From a virus (taxonomy: Duplodnaviria > Caudoviricetes), in the IMG/VR virus record IMGVR_UViG_3300027656_000001, positions 1 through 45,280 of that record: 45,280 nt of DNA; one strand, given 5' to 3'. Positions within the stretch are counted from its first letter, which is position 1; every line of letters begins with the position of its first letter. The notes under the pieces are model-generated. The model searched no databases. It saw nothing but the letters and a program-made list of their open reading frames with translations, and had not been told where the DNA came from. Below, one piece after another: positions 6,216-15,336 of the stretch. Made by a program: the position numbers and the translations under genes.

Positions 6216-8696
6216 ATGGCAACCCCCGCCCAAATCCAACGCCAGTTCCAGCGAGAGCTTCAGGCCCACCAGGAAGGCGTCCAACGCCTGCGCCTGGCCA
6301 CAACCACGGCCGAAGCACGACAGTATGCCTCCAGCTCCATCTACGGGCAGAAACTCGTCGACCAGGGCCTGGGGGCCACCATCAAGGCCATCGAGTCGAA
6401 ACGCTCCAGGATTGCCACTGGATCCACCGGTGAATATGCGGCCCACGTCGCCCTCCTCGAGGGTGTCCAATCGTCGACCCTGGCCCTCATCACCCTCAAG
6501 ACCACCATCGACCTGGTGTTCGAGAAGCGCGAAGGCCGCTCTAAAGGTGTCCCCTATGCCAGCGTGGTGTCAGCCATAGGCGGGCGGGTCTTCGACGAAT
6601 GTCTCCTAAGTCAATTCTCACAAGCCCAGCCTGATGCCTACAAAAGCACCCGCATCCACCGCTCCAAGGGCTATGGCTACCGGGTGGCCAAATATCGGGC
6701 AACCATGCGGCGCATCTCCCACGAGGCCCTTAAGTGGCCCCACGGGCACCGGGTCAAGATCGGGGCCTGGCTGCTTGATCGACTCTGCTCTGCCACCAAC
6801 TGGTTCCACTCAGAGCAGACCCAACTCAACGGCCGCAAGAAGCTCATCGTGCTGCGGCCTGACCCCGTGGTATCCAAGACCATCGAGGCTATGCTCCTGG
6901 CTGCTGAGGCTGTCTCGGCCTGCTGCTGGCCTATGCTCTGTGAGCCCAACGACTGGACACCCAATCTGACGGCCTCGCCCGGTGGTTATCTGACCTCCGA
7001 GCTTCGATCTGGGACCCGTTCCTGGCTGATTCGAGGCGTCAGTCATGCCAAGGTTTCTCAGAGCTTTCCAGTTAAAGGGGAAACGCGAAACCGCGACCCC
7101 CTGATTCCTGGGGATGAGATGGGAAATCCTCTCTCCATCCCAGTTAATCCAGCTATAGCTGTTGAGCATGTCACGAATCCTGGGTCTCCTTCTCTCGAGG
7201 TCCCAGTCAGCTTCCTGAACACCATCCAAGGGGTCGCCTATCAGATCAATCAATCCATCTTGGAGGTTGCTCTCAGGTGTCAGGATGCCCGGGTGTCGAT
7301 CGGATCCTTCCGACAGTCTGACCCACTGCCCCTGCCTCACAAGCCAGATCCATGGGAAGAGGCCACCGAAGAGGAGAAGATCACCTACAAGAGGGGCAGG
7401 GTCTTGGTCGAGGAGGAGAACAGCTTACTGCTCCAACGCAACTACCAGACTGCTGAGACAGTTCACATCGCCAAGATGTACCTGAACGAGGAGTCCTTCT
7501 TCTTCCCGTGGTCATTTGACTTCCGGGGTCGGGTCTATCCCCTGGCTAACCACCTCAATCCACAGGGCACCGACTTTGCTCGCTCCCTGCTGGTGTCGGC
7601 CTACTCAGGGCCTGCCGATCGGGAATGGCTTGGCTTCCAGGTCGCCACCACCTTTGGCTTCGGCAAGGAGACCATGGAGGAGAGGCAGAAGTGGGTCGAT
7701 TCCAATTGGGACCTGATCACAGCAGTTGCCACTGAGCCTTTGCTCACTATCTCCAACTGGCAGGGGGCTGATGAGCCGTGGCAGTTTCTTGCTGCCTGCA
7801 TCGAGTATTTCGAGTGCTTCATCGCCTGCACTCGCACCTGGTCAAACCTCCTGGTAGGCTTCGATGCTACCTGCTCTGGCCTCCAACACCTTTCTGCCCT
7901 CACCCGGGACCGCGGCGCTGCTGAGCTGGTCAACGTGGCCCCCACGCCTAAGCCGGCCGACGCCTACAAGACCGTGGCTGAGGCGGCCAAGAAGTACCTC
8001 CCTGAGGAGTTCCACCCTCTGATCACCCGCAAGGTCACCAAGCGGGTCGTGATGTGTCTTCCTTACGGGTTGACCCAAAGCTCTGCTCGGGACTACTTAC
8101 GACAGGCCCTGCCCAAGTCCTTTGGGGTCCCCCTGAATGACCTGGTCGACGCCGTCTACCGTAAGGCCATCCCTGAGGTCCTTCCTGGGCCGATGAAGGC
8201 CCGTGCGTGGATCCAGGAGGCAGTCAATCAGGTCGCCCACGACACAGGCCAGCCAGTGGCCTTCACAAGCCCCTCAGGCTTCCCGGTGATCCTCGACAAG
8301 CGGATCTACCCCACCGAGCTGGTCGACACCAAGCTCCTGGGGAGACGCATCCGGCTAACGGTGGCTGACTTCGACTCCGCCACCGCTCCTCTCAACCAAC
8401 GCAAGGTCACCATTGGGTCGGTTCCGAACCTGATCCACAGCTTCGATGCTGCCCTGCTCCACTTAGCCTTCGAGGCCTGGGAGCGCCCCCTTGCCCTAGT
8501 CCACGACTGCATCTCCACGCTGAGCTGCGACGTGGGCTGGACCATGGAGCACATTCGGGAAACCTTTGCTACGATGTACGAGACGGATCAACTGGGTCGA
8601 TGGGCCGATCAGCTGGGGGTCCCTGTGGATCCCGAGGTCATGATCAACACCCTCAATCCTGATGAGATTCGACAATCCAACTACCTGTTCTGCTGA
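6216..8696 (+). CDS. T7-like single-subunit DNA-directed RNA polymerase (gp1 homolog)
   Basis: DFRGRVYP, DATCSGLQH, RKVTKRVVMCLPYG, PNLIHSFDA and VHDC motifs. Confidence 0.98.
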   Translation: MATPAQIQRQFQRELQAHQEGVQRLRLATTTAEARQYASSSIYGQKLVDQGLGATIKAIESKRSRIATGSTGEYAAHVALLEGVQSSTLALITLKTTIDLVFEKREGRSKGVPYASVVSAIGGRVFDECLLSQFSQAQPDAYKSTRIHRSKGYGYRVAKYRATMRRISHEALKWPHGHRVKIGAWLLDRLCSATNWFHSEQTQLNGRKKLIVLRPDPVVSKTIEAMLLAAEAVSACCWPMLCEPNDWTPNLTASPGGYLTSELRSGTRSWLIRGVSHAKVSQSFPVKGETRNRDPLIPGDEMGNPLSIPVNPAIAVEHVTNPGSPSLEVPVSFLNTIQGVAYQINQSILEVALRCQDARVSIGSFRQSDPLPLPHKPDPWEEATEEEKITYKRGRVLVEEENSLLLQRNYQTAETVHIAKMYLNEESFFFPWSFDFRGRVYPLANHLNPQGTDFARSLLVSAYSGPADREWLGFQVATTFGFGKETMEERQKWVDSNWDLITAVATEPLLTISNWQGADEPWQFLAACIEYFECFIACTRTWSNLLVGFDATCSGLQHLSALTRDRGAAELVNVAPTPKPADAYKTVAEAAKKYLPEEFHPLITRKVTKRVVMCLPYGLTQSSARDYLRQALPKSFGVPLNDLVDAVYRKAIPEVLPGPMKARAWIQEAVNQVAHDTGQPVAFTSPSGFPVILDKRIYPTELVDTKLLGRRIRLTVADFDSATAPLNQRKVTIGSVPNLIHSFDAALLHLAFEAWERPLALVHDCISTLSCDVGWTMEHIRETFATMYETDQLGRWADQLGVPVDPEVMINTLNPDEIRQSNYLFC
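7058..7074 (+). promoter_or_regulatory. Predicted phage-RNAP promoter 1 (TCAGAGCTTTCCAGTTA) inside the RNAP gene
   Basis: 17-bp exact match to 44910..44926, followed by a purine run; same two-site layout (in RNAP gene and near right end) as cyanophage Syn5. Confidence 0.75.
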
Positions 8697-8896
8697 TGTC
8701 CTCCCGATCCCAAGATGCTGCTAAACTGGCGCAACTGGCCACCAAGCATGAAGAAGCCGTCAGTCTACTGCTCCGACTCACTGAGTTCGTAAAAGAGGTC
8801 GATACCCGTCTCTCAGCTGCTCTCAGACAATTAGAAGCCATAGATGAGGCTCACGATGACCTCGAGCGTCGGTTCAGTCAAAGCCTAAGTAGCTAA
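8696..8896 (+). CDS. Small coiled-coil protein
   Basis: TGATG overlap with the RNAP stop; heptad pattern. Confidence 0.65.
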   Translation: MSSRSQDAAKLAQLATKHEEAVSLLLRLTEFVKEVDTRLSAALRQLEAIDEAHDDLERRFSQSLSS

Positions 8897-8980
8897 CACC
8901 CGGGGCTGACCAGCCGCCCCACCCAAGGTCATTCCGACCACTGGATCCAAGACTCACCTCCACCTCCTTTCACAAGCCTC

Positions 8981-9295
8981 ATGGCACTCAACAAGCGCGA
9001 CGAAGCCAAGGTAGACACCTACGACTTCCACGCCCCTCAACCTGCTCACCTGTACGACCCTAGGTCTATCGGTGTGATCACTATTTTCCGGTACGGCCGC
9101 AATGCCGCCGAAGACGGCCTCAAGCGCATCGGTACTGACTTCAAGATTCGCTTCGAGCGGGCCCAGACCGACGAAGCCGTCAAGGTGGCCAAGAAGACCG
9201 TCAAGGCCCTCAACGCCGGCACCCTCGATGTTGACTCTCCTGTGATCAGCATCTCCAACGGCCGCCCCCGTGGTCGCCAGAAGGTTGCGGCCTGA
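8981..9295 (+). CDS. Hypothetical protein
   Basis: 104-aa ORF with typical codon usage. Confidence 0.75.
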   Translation: MALNKRDEAKVDTYDFHAPQPAHLYDPRSIGVITIFRYGRNAAEDGLKRIGTDFKIRFERAQTDEAVKVAKKTVKALNAGTLDVDSPVISISNGRPRGRQKVAA

Positions 9296-9350
9296 TTCCG
9301 TTCACCAAATTCTTGAGGAGGCTTCGGCTTCCCCTATTGCACCTCCTCCC

Positions 9351-9626
9351 ATGGCAACCTACGAAGAAATAGCCGAACTGGCATCCGACATCAACACCAA
9401 ACTTGACACCAAGATCCAGCCGGATACCCTGGTCTACCTGATTGAGACCTTCATCGAGGACGAGGAGACTCCCTTCACCGAGGTCCCGATTGGCGAGATT
9501 GCTGAGCAGGTTCACGGCTTCATCCTCCTGGCAGACGCCTTCCTCATCGCTCAAGACGGCGAAGACATCGAGACGCTCGAGGGCGAGGTGGCCCAGACCG
9601 CCGAAACACTGGGGGTTGCGGAATGA
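9351..9626 (+). CDS. Highly acidic small protein (DNA-mimic candidate)
   Basis: 91 aa from ATG 9351; 23 D/E against 2 K and 0 R. Confidence 0.7.
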   Translation: MATYEEIAELASDINTKLDTKIQPDTLVYLIETFIEDEETPFTEVPIGEIAEQVHGFILLADAFLIAQDGEDIETLEGEVAQTAETLGVAE

Positions 9627-9784
9627 GCTTCCCTGGACCCGCATTTTACGAGACTGGTCTCCATCAGGACTCACTGATCGCCCGCTACTGGGACGATACC
9701 CTCGACGGTGATTGCACCAATGCCGAGGATGTGGCCACGTTCCTGGAACCCTTCTCCTTCACAGAACAACTTCAATCGTCATGA
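9623..9784 (+). CDS. Small acidic hypothetical protein (53 aa)
   Basis: Hand-translated; ATGA overlaps at both ends. Confidence 0.6.
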   Translation: MSFPGPAFYETGLHQDSLIARYWDDTLDGDCTNAEDVATFLEPFSFTEQLQSS

Positions 9785-10329
9785 GCAACAAGGATCTCCA
9801 CATCATCACCACCAAGCTCGAGGGCTTCATCTCCCTCAAGCCTTCTGGTAAGTTCAACAACTGCCGCATCGGTTTCAACCTTTCCGACGAGGAGTTTGCA
9901 ACCTTTGAGGCTGAATACGCAAAAGCCCTAGAGTGGGGCGCCACCAAGCTGGCCGGCAAGGGCCGCATCGGTCACGATCCTCAACCTTGGGGTGAGGATG
10001 GCTGCATCAAGTACAGCTACGGCAACCCCGATCCCGGCCCTGACGACAGCAAGAAGCCTGACTTCCTGTGGGTCCATGGTCCGGACAATCTCCCCTTCGA
10101 CCTGACCGAGACGGTACGCGAAGGCACCAAGGTGCAGCTGGCCGTCCGCTTGAAGCCATACGTCTTCGGCACCAAATGCGGCCTATCCCTACGGGTGGTC
10201 GCCGGCAAGATCCTTTCGGTGGTCTCCCAAGGTCAGGCTCCTGAGCCCGTCTCTGCTGAGGAAGCTGCGGATCTATTCGGTGCTGGCCCTGTGGCTGCCG
10301 CCGAAGAGGACGACGACATTCCGTTCTGA
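9781..10329 (+). CDS. ssb: Single-stranded DNA-binding protein (T7 gp2.5-like)
   Basis: Position before endonuclease I; acidic tail EEDDDIPF. Confidence 0.85.
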   Translation: MSNKDLHIITTKLEGFISLKPSGKFNNCRIGFNLSDEEFATFEAEYAKALEWGATKLAGKGRIGHDPQPWGEDGCIKYSYGNPDPGPDDSKKPDFLWVHGPDNLPFDLTETVREGTKVQLAVRLKPYVFGTKCGLSLRVVAGKILSVVSQGQAPEPVSAEEAADLFGAGPVAAAEEDDDIPF

Positions 10330-10700
10330 TGGCCTCGCACCGCTTCCGCTCAAAGCTCGAGTCAGCAGTCTGGGGCAAGATCGAGGCGGTGCAACCGGAC
10401 GCTCAGTTCGAAAGCCTGAAGCTTCCCTACACCCTGACCCATACCTATACCCCAGACATCATCCTGCCTAACGGGGTGATCCTGGAGGTGAAGGGGCGGT
10501 TCATCGTTAAGGGCCACGACTGTCGGCCTAAGATGCTGGCAGTCAAGCAGGCCTACCCGGATCTCGACATCCGCTTCGTCCTGCAAAGCCCGGGCATTCC
10601 CGCCGCGCCTCGATCCAAGACAAACCACGGGGAGTGGTGCGACAAGCACGGCTTCCCCTGGTGTCACTACCTCTCCATCCCACCTGAATGGCTCCGATAA
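10329..10700 (+). CDS. Endonuclease I / Holliday junction resolvase (gp3-like)
   Basis: FRSKLE, YTPDIILPNG.ILEVKG, PDLDIRFV motifs. Confidence 0.95.
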   Translation: MASHRFRSKLESAVWGKIEAVQPDAQFESLKLPYTLTHTYTPDIILPNGVILEVKGRFIVKGHDCRPKMLAVKQAYPDLDIRFVLQSPGIPAAPRSKTNHGEWCDKHGFPWCHYLSIPPEWLR

Positions 10701-12292
10701 ACCACAACGATCAGGACTCGGAGTTCGTCCGACACATCCCCTGCCCCACTTGCGGGTCATCGGATGCCAATTCCCTCTACACTGATGGTCATGAGCATTG
10801 TTTCGTCTGTGAAAGACACACAGGCCCTGACGGAGAGGTCTGCGGAGGAGCAACACAGGCTCCTGCAGTCGATCTTCCAGGGGAGGTCACTGCTCTCCGT
10901 TCCCGTGGGCTCTCTGCGGAGACCTGCCGTAAGTTCGGCGTCCGCCTCGACGTCGCCAAGAAACGCATCATCCTCCCCTACCACGACGAATCCGGCCGAC
11001 TCGTAGCCTACAAGTCCAAATACCAAGACAAGACCCACCCGGTTACCGGTGACCTCCCTGGCACCCTCTTCGGCCAGCACCTCTTCGGAGGAGGCAAGTC
11101 GATCGTGATCACCGAAGGCGAGCTGGATGCCCTAGCCGTCTGGCAGTGCCGACCCAACTGGCCTGTCGTATCGGTCCCCCTGGGAGCCAAGGCTGCCAAG
11201 AAGGCAATCAAGGTCAACCTCAAGTACCTCCTCAACTTCGAGGAGATCATCCTGTTCTTCGATAACGACGAGGCCGGACAAGTAGCAGCGCAAGAATGCG
11301 CCCCCCTGCTGCCCGGTGCTCGGACGTTTATCGCCACCGCGGCGCCCCTCAAGGACGCCAACGAAGCCCTCCTATCCGCTCCTGAGCATGTTCGTCAAGC
11401 CATCTGGAACAAGAAACCCTGGCGTCCTGCGGCCGTTGTGTCCGGTGAATCACTCTTTGCGCTCGTTTCTGCCCCACTTCGTGGTCGGGATGCTCTGTGG
11501 CCTTACAGCGATCTCAATGACCTTACCGGCGGTCTCCGACGTGGCGAGCTCGTTACTCTTACGGCCGGAACCGGCGTCGGCAAATCAACGTTCTGCGGTG
11601 AAGTAGCCCAGCACCTTGTCCAGCAGGGCGAGAAGATCGGCTATGTGGCCCTCGAGGAATCACTCCAACGGTGTGCCCTCAGGCTCATGACCGTGGAGGC
11701 AAACAGGCCTCTTCACATAGACAACAGCATCCCCGCTGAAGATCTCCGAAAGGCCTTCGACAACTCCGTTGGCTCTGGTCGGGTGGTCTTCAACTCAGGC
11801 TTCCGGGCTGTTGACCCTGTGGAACTCCTGAACGAGCTCCGTTTCATGGTCATGGCTGAGGAGTGCCACTGGCTCTTTGTTGACCACCTTTCGATCCTGG
11901 TATCAGGCAACGACGACGGCGACGAGCGCAAGCTGATCGACGTCACCATGACCCGCCTCAGGCAGTTCGTGGAGGAGACCAACTGCGGCATGTTCCTGAT
12001 CAGCCACCTCACCGGTGTCCAGGGCGGCGGCAAGTCCCACGAGAGTGGTGGTCGAGCCCACCTCAACCAGCTTCGCGGCAGCAGGTCCATTGGCCAGCTC
12101 TCCGATTGCGTCATCGCCCTAGAGCGAGACCTCGAGGAGGGTGAGAATGGAACAACTGTCCGGGTCCTTAAGTCCCGGCACAACGGACGCACCGGCCCTG
12201 CTGGGAAAGTCTGCTACAATTCAGAGACCGGAAGGATGCTCGAAGATCTCTCCGGGTACTTCCCACCATCTGAGGAGGAATCCCCATTTTGA
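10688..12292 (+). CDS. DNA primase-helicase (gp4-like)
   Basis: Zn finger CPTC...CFVC, TOPRIM TEGELDA/FDND, Walker A GTGVGKST, DHL, LRGS. Confidence 0.97.
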   Translation: MAPINHNDQDSEFVRHIPCPTCGSSDANSLYTDGHEHCFVCERHTGPDGEVCGGATQAPAVDLPGEVTALRSRGLSAETCRKFGVRLDVAKKRIILPYHDESGRLVAYKSKYQDKTHPVTGDLPGTLFGQHLFGGGKSIVITEGELDALAVWQCRPNWPVVSVPLGAKAAKKAIKVNLKYLLNFEEIILFFDNDEAGQVAAQECAPLLPGARTFIATAAPLKDANEALLSAPEHVRQAIWNKKPWRPAAVVSGESLFALVSAPLRGRDALWPYSDLNDLTGGLRRGELVTLTAGTGVGKSTFCGEVAQHLVQQGEKIGYVALEESLQRCALRLMTVEANRPLHIDNSIPAEDLRKAFDNSVGSGRVVFNSGFRAVDPVELLNELRFMVMAEECHWLFVDHLSILVSGNDDGDERKLIDVTMTRLRQFVEETNCGMFLISHLTGVQGGGKSHESGGRAHLNQLRGSRSIGQLSDCVIALERDLEEGENGTTVRVLKSRHNGRTGPAGKVCYNSETGRMLEDLSGYFPPSEEESPF

Positions 12293-12576
12293 CATCAGCA
12301 GCACAAGAACTACAGAACTTTCTGGCTGACAAGCCTGAGGTGATCTGCCTGACCTTTGCCCGGGACATCAACTACAGGGAGGGGCCCTACAGCACAGGAA
12401 CCCTTGAGGAGATCCTGCCTCTCCTGTGCTTTGACTACGACTCAGGCTTCGGCAGCCAGAATCTCTATGGCACCATCTGGTTTGCCGATGGATCCTGGGC
12501 CACCAGGGGTGAATACGACGGATCTGAGTGGTGGGATCATCATACTCCTCCGGCTTTCCCTCAGAGGTTCCAATGA
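12289..12576 (+). CDS. Hypothetical protein (YDSGFGSQ.LYGTIWF.DGSWATRGEYDGSEWW)
   Basis: ORF coupled to both neighbours. Confidence 0.75.
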   Translation: MTSAAQELQNFLADKPEVICLTFARDINYREGPYSTGTLEEILPLLCFDYDSGFGSQNLYGTIWFADGSWATRGEYDGSEWWDHHTPPAFPQRFQ

Positions 12577-14372
12577 GACTTGCCTTCGACCTAGAAACCA
12601 ACGGCTTCATGCGGCAGGGGTTCGACACGATCCACTGCCTCGTAACCCGTGACCTAGACACCAACGAGGTCCATGTCTACAACGACCAGGGCACACACGA
12701 GTCGATCTCGACCGGCGTAAGCTACCTGGCTGAAGCTGACCTTCTGGTTGGCCACAACATCATCGGCTACGACATCGAGGTGCTCCACGAGATGTTCCCC
12801 TGGTTCGACGCCAAGGAGATCGAACTCTGCGACACCCTGATCCTTTCCCGGCAGTTCTTCCCCCACGTCCTTGGGATCGACTACAAGATCCGCAAAAAGG
12901 GAATGCCCCTTAAACTCTACGGCCGCCATAGCCTGGAGGCCTGGGGTTGGCGCCTCGACTACCACAAAGGCGACTACAAGGATCATGCCGACTGGTCTGT
13001 TTGGTCACAGGAAATGCAGGATTACTGCGTCCGAGACGTGGAGGTCACAAGCCTCCTCTGGAAACGCCTCCAACCCAAAGCCGAAGCCTTCGCTCGTTCG
13101 GTCAAGATGGAGCACGACTGTGCCCGCATCATGGCTGTTCAGGAACGCTACGGCTGGCCATTCGACGTCAAGGCAGGAGAACAGCTAGAAAGCGTTCTCC
13201 GCTCTGAGTCTGAGGAACTGGCCGCCCAACTCCGTGATGCTTTCCCCTATGTGGCCGGCAAGCCCATGACTCCCAAGCGGAACAACCGCACCCTGGGGTA
13301 CGTCGAGGGAGCGCCCTTCACCAAGCTGACTGACTTCAACCCGACCAGTCGTGACCACATTGCCTGGGTCTTCCAAACCTGGCGCGACTGGCAACCCGAA
13401 GAGTTTACCGACACCGGCAAGCCCAAGATCGACGAGTCGGTCCTCCTGGCCCTGGTCGCCCCCGAAGCGCCCGCCTTTGCCAGGATGCTCGAGCTTCAGA
13501 AGGGCCTCGGTCAGCTCTCGGAGGGCAAGAACTCCTGGCTCAAGTCGGTCACCAGGGAGGGCCGGATCCACCACTCCTGCTCCCTCGCCACCAACACCGG
13601 ACGCAATGCTCATCGTTCCCCCAACCTTGGTCAGGTATCCTCTGACCCTCGCTGTCGTGCTCTATTCGGGCCTGGCAGCGGTTTTGTGGAAGTGGGCGCT
13701 GATGCTTCGGGGCTTGAACTTAGGATGCTTGGCCACTACCTCGCCTTCTTCGACTCGGGCCGCTTCGCTGACATCGTCGTCAACGGCGACATTCACCAGA
13801 TCAACGCCGACGGGGTCACCAAGGCCCTAGGCATCGAGATCACCCGCAAGGCCGTCAAAACAATCACCTACGCCTTCCTCTACGGGGCAGGCGACGAGAA
13901 ACTCGGCCGCACCGTCAACCCTCTCCTGAAGGGCCGGCAGGCCTCTGCCTTAGGCAAGGAGGTCCGGGTGGCCTTCGTGGCCGCCATCCCTGGCCTTGGG
14001 CCCCTCCTGGAGTCCGTCAAGGCTCGCTCCAAGGACGGCACCCTTAAGGCCCTCGACGGCCGGATCCTCTACCTCCAGGGCAAGCAACACGCCGCTCTCA
14101 ACTACCTGCTCCAGTCTGCCGGCGCCATCGTCTGTAAGAACTGGGTGGTGGAGAGCTACCGGAACATTGATGGCGAGCTGCGACTCGGCATCGACTATAC
14201 TCCTCTCGGCTTCATCCACGATGAAATCCAGGTGGCCGTTTCTCCTGTGGAGGTGGACACCGTCGAGCGGATCCTCACCGAGTCGATCGTCACGGTCGGC
14301 AAATCCTTCAAACTCAACGTGCCCCTGGCCTCCGAGGCCAAGCACGGTCCCAACTGGGCAGATTGCCACTAA
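12573..14372 (+). CDS. polA: Family A DNA polymerase with 3'-5' exonuclease (gp5-like)
   Basis: FDLET, GHNIIGYD, DASGLELR, KTITYAFLYG (Tyr at the 762-equivalent position, as in T7), IHDE. Confidence 0.97.
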   Translation: MRLAFDLETNGFMRQGFDTIHCLVTRDLDTNEVHVYNDQGTHESISTGVSYLAEADLLVGHNIIGYDIEVLHEMFPWFDAKEIELCDTLILSRQFFPHVLGIDYKIRKKGMPLKLYGRHSLEAWGWRLDYHKGDYKDHADWSVWSQEMQDYCVRDVEVTSLLWKRLQPKAEAFARSVKMEHDCARIMAVQERYGWPFDVKAGEQLESVLRSESEELAAQLRDAFPYVAGKPMTPKRNNRTLGYVEGAPFTKLTDFNPTSRDHIAWVFQTWRDWQPEEFTDTGKPKIDESVLLALVAPEAPAFARMLELQKGLGQLSEGKNSWLKSVTREGRIHHSCSLATNTGRNAHRSPNLGQVSSDPRCRALFGPGSGFVEVGADASGLELRMLGHYLAFFDSGRFADIVVNGDIHQINADGVTKALGIEITRKAVKTITYAFLYGAGDEKLGRTVNPLLKGRQASALGKEVRVAFVAAIPGLGPLLESVKARSKDGTLKALDGRILYLQGKQHAALNYLLQSAGAIVCKNWVVESYRNIDGELRLGIDYTPLGFIHDEIQVAVSPVEVDTVERILTESIVTVGKSFKLNVPLASEAKHGPNWADCH

Positions 14373-14380
14373 CAAGAACA

Positions 14381-14596
14381 ATGATTGGAACCGAACTGCT
14401 TACTAGACTTCAACAGCTCACACCTGAAGAGCTTCTCCTTCCTGTAAGAGTCTGCGCCGATCATGGTGAATTTGCCATGGTCGCCTCTGGCGTGGGGGTG
14501 GAGCTCCTGGTAAAGGAAGAGTACATGGCCAGCCTGGTACACCCAGACGACGCTGATGGTACCCAACCCCAATGTATCCTGATCGAAGCAGCATGA
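14381..14596 (+). CDS. Hypothetical protein
   Basis: ORF between pol and exo, ATGA overlap. Confidence 0.6.
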   Translation: MIGTELLTRLQQLTPEELLLPVRVCADHGEFAMVASGVGVELLVKEEYMASLVHPDDADGTQPQCILIEAA

Positions 14597-15336
14597 CCAA
14601 ACGCCCAGACCTACTTCTCATCGACGCCGACACCCCGGCCTACACCGCCTGCCAATCCTCCGAAGTGGAGGTCGAGCATGGTGATTGGCACATGGTCGCG
14701 TCGGACTTCAAACAGGCCAAGCGCCGCTTTGTTGACACCCTGGATCTCTGGAAGAAGCACTTCCAGTGTGATGCTGTTGAGCTGTTCTTCACCGGCCGGA
14801 ACAACTTCCGTAAAACCGTCGACCCTGAATACAAGGGCCACCGCCTCAAGCGTAAGCCCCTAGGCTTCCACCGCCTGGTCAAGTGGGCCTGCAGTGAGTA
14901 TCCTGCTCAGTTGGAAGAAGGCCTCGAGGCCGACGACCTCCTGGGGATGCGCTGCCACCAGACCGAGATTAACATCGTGCTCATCTCCGCTGACAAGGAT
15001 CTTCGCCAGATCCAGTGCCGCCAGTGGAACGGATCCGAAGAGGTCACCCCGACCCTTCTGGAGTGCGACTACTTCTTCTTCCAGCAGATCCTCACAGGTG
15101 ACGCTGTGGACGGCTACAAGGGCTGCCCCGGCATCGGAGCGGTCAAGGCCAAGGCCATTCTCGACAAGACCTCTAGGGAGCTCTGGTGGGAAGCAGTGGT
15201 CAATGCCTTTGTCAAGGCTGGGCTCACGGAAGCAGACGCTTTACAAAATGCCCAGCTGGCGCGCATCCTCCGTCCGGGGGAGTATGATTGGAAAGCCCGC
15301 ACACCCATCCTATGGACACCATCCCCCCACCTCTAA
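14593..15336 (+). CDS. 5'-3' exonuclease (gp6-like)
   Basis: LIDAD, NFRK..DPEYKGHR, EADD, DKDL, GDAVDGYKGCPGIG. Confidence 0.95.
   Translation: MTKRPDLLLIDADTPAYTACQSSEVEVEHGDWHMVASDFKQAKRRFVDTLDLWKKHFQCDAVELFFTGRNNFRKTVDPEYKGHRLKRKPLGFHRLVKWACSEYPAQLEEGLEADDLLGMRCHQTEINIVLISADKDLRQIQCRQWNGSEEVTPTLLECDYFFFQQILTGDAVDGYKGCPGIGAVKAKAILDKTSRELWWEAVVNAFVKAGLTEADALQNAQLARILRPGEYDWKARTPILWTPSPHL

Larger units (their letters stand above)
538..8978 (+). repeat. Dispersed strand-polarised 9-mer YCACAAGCC, 13 copies
   Basis: TCACAAGCC at 538, 1516, 2154, 3034, 3572, 4043, 4867, 6618, 7337, 8263, 8970; CCACAAGCC at 1214, 5694; outliers at 13045 and 33097. Confidence 0.9.

Noticed and set aside
7040-7190. 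Intein or intron in the RNAP gene
   Set aside because: Too short, lacks intein Cys/His-Asn ends and group I/II cores; the frame stays open.
538-8978. CRISPR array, or RBS explanation for YCACAAGCC
   Set aside because: The 9-bp unit is spaced by hundreds of bases, most copies are intragenic, and it is not anti-SD complementary.
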